Source of the DNA: Geosiphon pyriformis uo1
Lineage: Eukaryota; Fungi; Glomeromycota
Direction: 5' to 3'
Assembly (NCBI GenBank): GCA_016748015.1
Contig: JAAOMT010000633.1
Location: forward strand, 9,112-73,111
DNA length: 64,000 bases
Shown: positions 26,501-36,610 of the stretch, one piece after another
Layout of the letters: each line of letters opens with the position of its first letter
How positions within the stretch are numbered: the stretch's first letter is position 1
Program-made: the position numbers and the translations under genes
The notes under the pieces: model-generated
The model's input: only the letters and a program-made list of their open reading frames with translations
Databases searched by the model: none
Told to the model about the DNA's origin: nothing

Positions 26501-27262
26501 AAATGAAGATAAGAGAAAAAAAAAAAAAGGAAGAAGGAACACCACCAACCACTGCCATTTATAATTTCTACACCCACCACACTTCACAACAATCCAATTA
26601 TCGACAGCCAAAGCTTGTATGTGTCGATTGCAGTAAGAAACTGTCGTCAATGGGCACATACTATGGCGACAATGAAGAATACCACACCGCAACAAAGTTC
26701 TATTGTCATCCATGCTTACTCGAATGCTTTGGATGACCAATAAGGCAAGAAAAATGGGATAACCAACTTTGTCTCACTTGTGAGGAGACTCTGCTAGATG
26801 AAGAGATGTGGAATGACATCCCAGAATGTGGAGGAACATGTAATGCATCATGTCAATACATGATTCTAATAAGCAACTGGGTAAAGAAAAGAACACCAAT
26901 AGAAGCAGCCTAAAGAAGAGCCATGCAGTGGCTGGACAATTGTCCACATGACAATGATAAAATTTGGAGAATGGCAATCAGCAAAATAGAAGAAGTGACA
27001 CCCGAAGAGATCAGAGAAATCAAAAACAACCCACCAAAACCCATCAAGCTTGACTGAAACACAGAGCCAGTCATAAATTTTCTGGAACCAAAAGAGTTCC
27101 ATGAACACTACCAGAACATGGCACCCACTAGAAAAAAACAAGAACAATGGTTAGCACAGTTGAATACAAGACTGTGTCGCCATTGTTTAATTTCCAGTGA
27201 CTTTAAATATTGTGACAATTGTAATTGCATTTACAATCCACCACTACGCATGATCTACACAA
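23533..27262 (+). pseudogene. gag-pol: E5 ORF1 part 1: Gag (CCHC), protease, Cys-rich domain
   Basis: MAYAPIAKLDNF, CHYCGRQGHIQINC, LILNSGSAGSII, and CVDC/CHPC/CLTC/CRHC/CDNC motifs. Confidence 0.9.
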
Positions 27263-28010
27263 TGTTATGGTTTAAGAATTTAGCAAAAAGAATCATAAAA
27301 ATAATACAAACTATTCAATCAAAATATAGCACAGTAATAATCTTAGAAAGGTAATGATTAACATAGTAGCAAACACCATCTCGCGATAGTGACAAGCACC
27401 AGTTCACAATAGCAGCCAACACCAACTGGTGATAGCAGCAAGCACCAGGTTGAAATATCAAAAAGAAAGTATTTTTTTGTAGAACTACAAACATGTATAT
27501 ATACAGTAGTTTTAATATTGGGAAAGAATAAATCAAGTAATAAAAATTATAACTTATCAAGCAATAGATCCAATTTTATTCAACAAACTCCACTTTAAAT
27601 CATACTTTCAAATTAAATATCCCAAGAAACCTTTAAAATCAAAAAAAAATGAAAAAGAATATTTAAAACTGAACTATCACAACCCAAAGTATTAAGAAAC
27701 TTACTTGTATTATTTATTGAATGAAACTATCATTCATCAACTGAATCCCTTGGAAGAATAATCCTTGATCAAGATTATTCACGTTGTTACTAATTGATAA
27801 AAGCTTTATTGTGAGAATTAGAAAAGTGCTAAAGACCATTAACATTCTGTGTTTCTAGATTAGAGAAACACATCAGGCAATTGCAAGGATAGTCTCAGAG
27901 AAGACCCCAAACAGTGGGTAGATTTCAGTTTAGCCTCTGAGAAGGAGTACATAAACACACACAACAATCAAGAATTAAAGAATAACTTACATTGCAACAG
28001 TAAAAAGAAA
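27263..28010 (+). repeat. E6 5' LTR (3' end lost in the gap)
   Basis: Direct repeat of 35745-~36492, roughly 97% identical by eye. Confidence 0.93.
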
Positions 28011-28458
28011 NNNNNNNNNNNNNNNNNNNNNNNNNNNNNNNNNNNNNNNNNNNNNNNNNNNNNNNNNNNNNNNNNNNNNNNNNNNNNNNNNNNNNNNNNN
28101 NNNNNNNNNNNNNNNNNNNNNNNNNNNNNNNNNNNNNNNNNNNNNNNNNNNNNNNNNNNNNNNNNNNNNNNNNNNNNNNNNNNNNNNNNNNNNNNNNNNN
28201 NNNNNNNNNNNNNNNNNNNNNNNNNNNNNNNNNNNNNNNNNNNNNNNNNNNNNNNNNNNNNNNNNNNNNNNNNNNNNNNNNNNNNNNNNNNNNNNNNNNN
28301 NNNNNNNNNNNNNNNNNNNNNNNNNNNNNNNNNNNNNNNNNNNNNNNNNNNNNNNNNNNNNNNNNNNNNNNNNNNNNNNNNNNNNNNNNNNNNNNNNNNN
28401 NNNNNNNNNNNNNNNNNNNNNNNNNNNNNNNNNNNNNNNNNNNNNNNNNNNNNNNNNN
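28011..28458. other. Assembly gap (448 N)
   Basis: N run hiding the LTR end, PBS and Gag start of E6. Confidence 1.
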
Positions 28459-31400
28459 CACCAGCTCAAACGCCAAAGAAAACTGTCACTCAATCAATAA
28501 AGAAACAACGTATTTATTCACCAGAAGATAAATCATACCATTTTTCACCAGAAAATAAGATACAAATTCCATTAGGAGCTGCATCATCATCAACATCAAC
28601 TCCACAAACGCCAAAAACTCCTAGTTATATTGATAAAATTAAACAACATAACTGGGAAGACATACCAATTACAGGAGGATATTTATCACTATTCCAAAAC
28701 CCTCTTTTTCAGCCAAAATTTAGAACGGGGTTTGAAAACCGTGAAGAGGAGTCTGAATCAGAATCCGAAAAAGAGACCAGCGAAAAAACAATCACAAGAC
28801 CAGTCACTGGAACAAGCAGCCAGTTCAGAAACCAAGAAACTCATAATCAAGAGGAAGAACCGGATATAAGGGAAGCCATCTTTAGGAATGCTCAAGGAAA
28901 TATTATCCCACCTCCTCTTAGACCAATAAACCCACCAGCAGAAAACGGCAACGAAATGACCACACCATACATTGCAAGACTAACAGATTTCTCAGGAGAG
29001 GAAGAAGAAACGGACATGCACACATGGCTCAGAGAAGCACAAAAAGCCATCCAGGCAAATAACTGGAACAGCCAAAGAGCAATTCAAACATTACTTTTCT
29101 TCCTGAAAGGCACAGCCGACTCGTGGTATCAAAGCCTGGAAACAAAACCCACGAGCTTCGCCGAATTTAAAAATGCACTCCTGGAGTATTTTAGCGACCC
29201 AAATGCTGTAATCCAACTACAGAACGAATTCAATACTATCAAGCAAAATACCAGTGAAACTGTCACCCAATACCTTGCTCGATTCAATTAAATTCGCCAT
29301 CAGATTGAAGTGATTGAACAAAGATACTACACTGATCCTCAGGTTTTAAATCAGTTTATTAGAGGATTAAAAAGCAGCATTTTAGAAAAAGTATGCCCTG
29401 CCCACCCTAATTCCTTACCAGAAGCCGTTACGCTCACCAGAGCCCTTGAATCGGCTGAGAAAGAAGCTAACCATAGTCAAATGGTTAACATGGTAATGGA
29501 GGAAAATAAGACAGAAACATTAGAGAAAAGAGTAACGCAATTAGGGGAGGAACTCTCTAAGAAAATAGAAAGTTACCTCATTCTGGATCCGAGAAAAAAT
29601 ACATACCAACCACCCCAAAGACGCAGCCAGGAAGTCAGTGACAGTCGAAATAATCGCCCGTCGCGCCAGGAATTCAGAACAGAAACACGCGCCTGTTATT
29701 TTTGCAAACGCATAGGACATTTGATTAGTCAATATCAAATGCAAATGATGCAGGAAGCACGCGAAAATAATTACTACACGTCACTCCAAATGCCCAGAAA
29801 CCAGTACACGCCAATACCACACCAATATCCCACCACGTATCAAAATCAAGGAGCTTACCAGCAACAGCCCATAATAGCCAACCCGAATTGGCGTCCCGAG
29901 GACCGAAATCAGCCCATGTAAAACCAGAACGCATTGGTCCAGAGGAATCCAAACCACGCCGGAACCAATCAGCAAACCAATCCAAACTACCAAAATTATC
30001 AACAAACTTACCTTAATATACCGGAAAACCTAATTATCGGAAACAATGATGGTAGAAACATAAAAAGAACCAAAAATTTCTCCAAATTGAGCCAGACAAT
30101 ACCACCAGCAGTTGCCACCAAAGATAGCAGCCTCGCAGCTATTTTTCCTTTTGAATTAGAGGAAAACAAGGCTATGTTCAGTGGAGCAGCATTGGACGAA
30201 AAACGCCCAATCACTGCTATATATACGGAAGCCACTGTAAACAATACCTCAATCAAACTTATCTTAGACAGCGGATCCGCTGGAAGCATCGTAACACTTC
30301 AACTAGTAAACCAACTGGGTTTCAAAGTTGATCGTGCTGCGACGTCCCAAATCATAACAGCTGATGGAAGTACAAAGCTGCCTTATGGCGAAATCGACTC
30401 ATTCCCTTTCGAAATTAACGGCATAGTAATACCTACAAAAGTATTAGTAATGGACACTACACAATATCAAGCGTTAGTAGGAAATGACTGGCTAACAAAA
30501 GCCAACGCCACCCTAGACTGGACCACCCAAGAGCTTCTGATCAATTATAATGGCCACCAGGCCAAAATTCCAGCCACCTGTGGCCACTTCCAAAAACCCA
30601 GTGCCAACCAAAGACCTACCTTTGAATTTGAGGAAAATCCAGCACTACCAGCCATCGAAACCTATCAGCTCTCTTGGGCTAATGACCAAAAAACAGGACT
30701 ACCAGCAGTACCAACGTGGACCAGCGAAGAAAGATCCGAATGGAACCAGGTAAGTTCACGAAGAAACCACCAGCGATGCAGACCAAAGCTAGAATGCTCG
30801 GTTTGCAAGAAAAAACTCTCGTCTATGACTGCGTGCAGCGCACCGGACGAAGACCCAAGAAACCCCACTCACTACTATTGTAACCGTTGTAACAAAGAAA
30901 AATATGGTTACTCAGAAAGACACGGAAAATGGGACGAGGAACCGTGCCTCGCTTGTGGAGAACCATTACCAAGAGGGTGCGACTGGAACAACTTACCAGG
31001 CAGAGGAGGAACGTGTGACGCAACTTGCCAATACATGATCCTTATCTGTGACTGGGTAAGAGGAGGAATGCCGTTCGAAGCAGCGTTCAACAGAGCGTTA
31101 AAAAAACTACAGCACTACCCACACGACGAGAACGAGTTGTACAACACCACACAAGCCAAAGTAAGAGGAGGAACTGCCGAAGAAATACGATGTTGGAAAG
31201 AGTCAGCCGAAGTAGCCGATGAAGTCACCAGCTACAACATGTTTGACCCAGTGGACGAATTCCAAGACTACTACCAACAACTATGCCCCACTTGACAAGA
31301 GCAAGAACAATACCTCGCCCAAATCAACACTTACCTCTGCGAAAACTGTTTCATCCCATGCCAAAGTCAGTGCTGTGAAGAGTGTCAAGATGAAAGGGAC

Positions 31401-31556
31401 TTAGAAAGAAAAATGGAAATTGAGAATCAGCAGTCTCAAAATCAATCAATAAATCAACAAGATTCACCTGATGGTCCTGAGTCAGAAAAATTTGTAGCCT
31501 ATACCGACCTAGAACAGGTAACCGACATCCGATACTTCGACAACGGGCACTTAGGA

Positions 31557-31952
31557 ATAATACCCAAAAGAGCCCATCCAACCGACACCGGATTCAATCT
31601 ACGTTATTCGGAAGACCAATCCACAACGTTACCACCCAGGAGCATCACCAAAATTGACCTAAAATTAGTGGTTGAAATTCCGCCAGGAATAATGATTCAA
31701 ATGGCATCGCAATCAAGCCTCGCGAAAAAAGAAATAAGTGTTCAAGGAGGAGTAATTAACTCCGGATACACTGGAAATTTGATGGTTTTGCTACAGAACA
31801 ATTCAGAAAAGTCTTATACCATTGAATCTAAGGAAAAGATTGCACAAGCAATTTTCCTACCATTGGTAAAAATTGGGAAATTTGTGTCAGTGGAAAATTG
31901 TGAGGAATTGTCACAAACAACGAGAGAAACTTTTGGTTTCGGATCGACAGGA
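31557..31952 (+). CDS. dut: dUTPase domain within E6 ORF1
   Basis: All five trimeric dUTPase motifs in order: TGFNL (AGFDL in E4/E5), SQSSLA (RSSLA in E5/E7), GVINSGYTG, KIAQAI, R..FGFGSTG. Confidence 0.92.
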
Positions 31953-33358
31953 AAAGAAATTGAAGCGAATTTTGCTGAAACAATAGGGGAAAAAGGCGAA
32001 GTAATTAAAAATGAGCAGTCCATCACGCTCCTACCATATGGAAAATCAGAAATAAGAATAAAAAAGACAATTAAAGAAAAAGACCTAATATTTGAGCCCT
32101 ATCCAGAAACTTGCCAACAGTTTCTCATAGGACTTACTAACCTTTTTATTCCAGCTGATAAAGCTCAATGGATAAAAATTTCTATTGCAAACACCACAGA
32201 AGAACCCGTTTACATTCCGGAAGATATCATCATTGGATACCTCGGAACAGAGCTAGAAAATGTGTCAACACCACAAGAAATTCTAAATTTCCCAGAAATC
32301 GCCCTCTACTGTGAACTCACTTCAATAAATTGGCAACAACCAGTAGAATGCTATCAATTTACGCCAGAAGAATTGGCCAAATTAAACATTGGAACAATGG
32401 ATCCCGACCAACAGCGACAATTAAAAGCATTAATTTTAAAATACTCTGATATATTTTCAAGAAATGGCGAATTTGGAAAAACCAACTTGGTTCAACACCA
32501 AATCCCTACTGGAGACGCCAGACCTGAAAAACAATGCGCTTACTGTGTCCCACCAATGGAGCATAATTTTATCAAAGAAGAAGTCCAAAGCATGTTGGAA
32601 AAAGGAATAATACAACCATCAATGAGCCCATGGTCCTCACCAGTTGTTTTAGTAAGGAAAAAGAACGGAAAAATTAGATTTTGCGTCGACTATCGCAAAC
32701 TAAACAGCAAAACAACCAAAGACTCATACCCAATACTATTAATTGACGAAATCTTTGACGTTTTTGGAGGAGCAAAATGGTTTTCTACACTGGACTTGAC
32801 CAGTGGGTACTGGCAAGTGGAAATGGACCCAAAGGACAGGCATAAAACAGCATTCACAACACAAAATGGCAATTATGAGTTCAATGTAATGCCATTTGGA
32901 TTAACAAACGCTCCCGCGACATTCCAAAGACTAATGGACGTAATTTACTCCGGAATCCTGTGGCAATCCGTTGTTGTTTACTTGGATGATACAAATGTTT
33001 TCTCGTCAAAATTCACAGATCATCTCCAACATTTACAACAAGTTTTTGAGAGATTGAAACACGCTGGACTTAAACTAAATCTAGAAAAATGTTTCTTTGG
33101 AAAAAATGAGCTAGCATTTTTAGGACACGTAGTTGGAAAAGATGGAATAAAACCAGATCCATCAAAAATAGACAAAGTGAAAAATTTTCCAGTACCTCGA
33201 AACGTCTCAGAAGTTAGAAGCTTTTTAGGACTCGCATCTTACTACCGCTGCTTTGTAGAAAACTTTTCAAACATCGCCAAACCCCTTAATTACCTACTAT
33301 CTAAAAATGTGAAGTTTGAATGGACTGAAGCACAACAAAAAGCTTTTGAGTACCTTAG

Positions 33359-33529
33359 NNNNNNNNNNNNNNNNNNNNNNNNNNNNNNNNNNNNNNNNNN
33401 NNNNNNNNNNNNNNNNNNNNNNNNNNNNNNNNNNNNNNNNNNNNNNNNNNNNNNNNNNNNNNNNNNNNNNNNNNNNNNNNNNNNNNNNNNNNNNNNNNNN
33501 NNNNNNNNNNNNNNNNNNNNNNNNNNNNN
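33359..33529. other. Assembly gap (171 N) within RNase H
   Basis: N run; the equivalent E3 segment is ~390 bp, so the gap is undersized. Confidence 1.
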
Positions 33530-33601
33530 AACTGCTAATGCCGACTGTTTGTCAAGAATGAGACACACATAAAAATCACCAACCCACCTGCCACAACAAC
33601 A

Positions 33602-34981
33602 ATGAACAACCACCTTTACAAAAACCTCAGCCAATACTTGGAAACACTACAAATAGACGAAGAAATGCCAGTAAAAGAGCTAATTAAGCTCCAAAAATTA
33701 GCAAAACACTATTTCATCCAAAATCACATACTTTATTACTGGAATTGACAAAATCCAGATAATCCATTAAGAGTTATAACCACAGATGAAAAAGAAACTA
33801 TCTTATTTAACATGCACTCAGATATTCATTCAGGCCACTTTGGAAAAACAGCAACCATCCAACGTGCAACTAGCCATTACTATTGGCCAAAAATGAGTTC
33901 AGACATAATCCAATACATAAAAAATTGTGACCCATGCCAATGAAGAGGAGGAGCAAAAACAACGGAATTATTAAGACCAATAAAAGTTGGACAGCCATTT
34001 GACAGAATCGGAATTGATTTAGTTGGACTCTTACCAATAACAACAAGAAACAACTGTTATATTGCAGTAGCCATGGACTATCTCACCAAATGGCCAGAAG
34101 CTAGAGCTATTAAAACAGCTGATGCTATTTCTGTAGCTCAATTCGTACATGAAGACTTAATTTGCTGACATGGATGTCCACAAGAATTGCTATCAAATCA
34201 AGGCACACACTTCGTAAACAGCACCTTAAAAGAACTTAGCCAAAAATTTGGAATCAAGCAACCACTGTCATCACCATATCACCCTCAAACAAATGGATTA
34301 GTTGAAAGATTTAATCGCACATTATGCAAATCACTGGCGAAAATTAGTAACGAACATGAAAAAGAATGGAATTTGTTCATACCAGCAGTACTACTAGCAT
34401 ATAGAACAGTAAAACAAGATACTACACAATTCACACTGTTTGAACTAGTTTATGGAAGAAAAGCCACATTACCCGTTGAACTTACTATTCCAACTTATCC
34501 GAATGACACTATCACGGAAGCAACATTCTAGGAAACACTACTTAGAAGAACATACGAATTAATGGGAACTTTAGAAAACAAAAGAAGAAAAGCAGCACAA
34601 AATATTGAACAATCACAAGAACAACAAAAAGTGAGACATGATAACCAGTTACCAGATAATATAATTAGCTACAAAATTGGAGATAAAGTATTGTTACATC
34701 GTACAAAAATGGAAAAACAGTGGAGTGGAAAATTTGATCACAAGTAGGATGAACCATTTTATATTCACGAAATACTTGGAAATGGAGCATACAAGCTAAG
34801 ACTAGATGATAAAATATTAAGAAAAGCAGCACATGGTAACCGGCTGAAATTCTATTACAGTAAACCAGTAATAACAACAAAAACACCCAGAATTGGAACA
34901 CAATTACCTTTAATTCTACCAGAACAAATTCTACGAGATTTAGAACCAATAGTTTTAATTGAACATTATTCGAAAAGATAA
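33602..34981 (+). pseudogene. int: E6 integrase, separate ORF (459 codons, a few point stops)
   Basis: MNNHLYKNL..., HSDIHSGH...CDPC, IGIDLVG, LSNQG, GLVERFN and PFYIHEILGNGAYKL. No chromodomain. Confidence 0.92.
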
Positions 34982-35065
34982 TTAATCTTAGATCACAGCA
35001 AAAATGATTTAACAACCATAAAAACGCATGCAAAAGATTCCAAAATAACAGTCAAAATTAAAACA

Positions 35066-35731
35066 ATAATACTTATTCCAGAAAACATCAATATAACTCA
35101 ACAATTAGTTGAAAGCTTACAACAATTAAAATCCGATCTAGAAATTACAGTTAATAGCTCCAAAATAACATACATCAAAAGAACAATAGAAAATCCAAAA
35201 ACAAGAAAAGAACATAATTTCGAACCATATAATATTGCCAAATATAACACCAAATTTATTAGCAAAGTTATTGAAAAATTAGAGATAGCATTGGGCAATA
35301 CATTAATAATGGAAGAAATAGAAATAAGTGAATTAATACCAGACACATTTAGCAACTTAAAAACTAAATTCCCAATTAATTACTGTTATTATCAACTAGG
35401 AAAGCACTTGAACATACAAACATTATACTCAAAAGACTCAACTAGAGTGTTTGACAAAACAACTATCCAACTATTAGAACCTTTCATTGGAAAAACCAAC
35501 ACTACATTCCATTCAAAAACAGTTTACAGAATTTTCAAAGCATTTGAAAACTGTCACAAATTATTGTTGGACCCAACCATGAACATAATAACAACCAACA
35601 GTATTGGATGACTTACCAACTCGCAATTTCAAAAATTACAACAACAAATTAATAACACAGTATTGGACCACTATAGTAACTTAGAATTTAATGAAGAAAT
35701 TAACTTCAATTTCGATGGAGCTCAATCTTGA
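35066..35731 (+). pseudogene. E6 ORF3
   Basis: Homologous to E3 ORF3; the start is decayed to ATA. Ends FDGAQS* abutting the PPT. Confidence 0.8.
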
Positions 35732-35744
35732 AAGGAGGGGATAA

Positions 35745-36610
35745 TGTTACGGTTTAAGAATTTAGCAAAAAAAATCATAAAAATAATACAAACTATTCAA
35801 TCATAATATAGCACAGTAATAATCTTAGAAAGGTAATGATTAACATAGTAGCAAACACCATCTCGTGATAGTGGCAAGCACCAGTTCACAATAGCAGCCA
35901 ACACCAACTGGTGATAGTAGCAAGCACCAGGTTGAAATATCAAAAAGAAAGTATTTTCTCATAGAACTACAAACATGTATATATACAATAGTTTTAATAT
36001 TGGGAAAGAATAAATCAAGTAATAAAAATTATAATTTATCAAGCAATAGATCCAATTTTATCTAACAAACTCCACTTTAAATCATACTTTCAAATTAAAT
36101 ATCCCAAGAAACCTTTAAAATCAAAAAGAAATGAAAAAGAATATTTAAAACTGAACTATCACAACCCAAAGTATTAAGAAACTTACTTGTATTATTTATT
36201 GAATGAAACTATTATTCATCAACTGAATCCCTTGGAAGAATAATCCTTGATCAAGATTATTCACATTGTTACTAATTGATAAAAGCTTTATTGTGAGAAT
36301 TAGAAAAGCGCTAAAGACCATTAACATTCTGTGTTTCTAGATTAGAAAAACACATCAGGCAATTGCAAGGATAGCTTCAGAGAAGACCCCAGACAGTGGG
36401 TAGATTTCAGTTTAGCCTCTGAGAAGGAGTACATAAATACACACAACAATCAAGAATTAAAGAATAACTTACATCGCAACAGTAAAAAGAAAGCCTTCAG
36501 TGTAACAGTGACACTATCACACAAATAGAATTGAGGAACTCACGAAAGACTGATTGCAATTAAAGCGGGATATCAGCAATTAAATATAACAAGAAAACCA
36601 TCCTGTAACA
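35745..36610 (+). repeat. E6 3' LTR (866 bp)
   Basis: TGTTAC...GTAACA terminal inverted repeats. Confidence 0.95.

Larger units (their letters stand above)
28459..33572 (+). pseudogene. gag-pol: E6 ORF1: Gag-PR-Cys-rich-dUTPase-RT-RNase H polyprotein in a single frame
   Basis: Track ORFs 28956, 29310, 29934 and 31413 share one frame and are separated only by point stops. Motifs: CYFCKRIGHLISQY, LILDSGSAGS, FCVDYRKLN, YLDD, ADCLSR. Confidence 0.93.
27263..36610 (+). mobile_element. E6: innermost and best-preserved Ty3/Gypsy element, family alpha (~9.3 kb plus gap uncertainty)
   Basis: Paired LTRs, TSD ACAA/ACGA, PPT gaaaggaggggataa at 35730-35744. The host frame MIYT|IPKEEK is restored on removal. 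Confidence 0.95.

Noticed and set aside
27925-28493. X-rich ORFs in the track
   Set aside because: Artefacts of translating the N gap.
29919-29921. Programmed gag/pol stop or readthrough site
   Set aside because: E3 has TGG at the same codon, so the TAA is mutational.
31413-33572. 719-aa ORF as an intact independent gene
   Set aside because: It is the distal part of ORF1 after a CGA>TGA stop at 31293, and it spans an undersized gap.
34740-34981. Chromodomain at the integrase C-terminus
   Set aside because: After the GPF module there is only a short tail ending DLEPIVLIEHYSKR; no Y(L/F)VKW-type motif.
35066-35731. ORF3 as an env gene
   Set aside because: Too short and hydrophilic, with no signal peptide, transmembrane segment or furin site.
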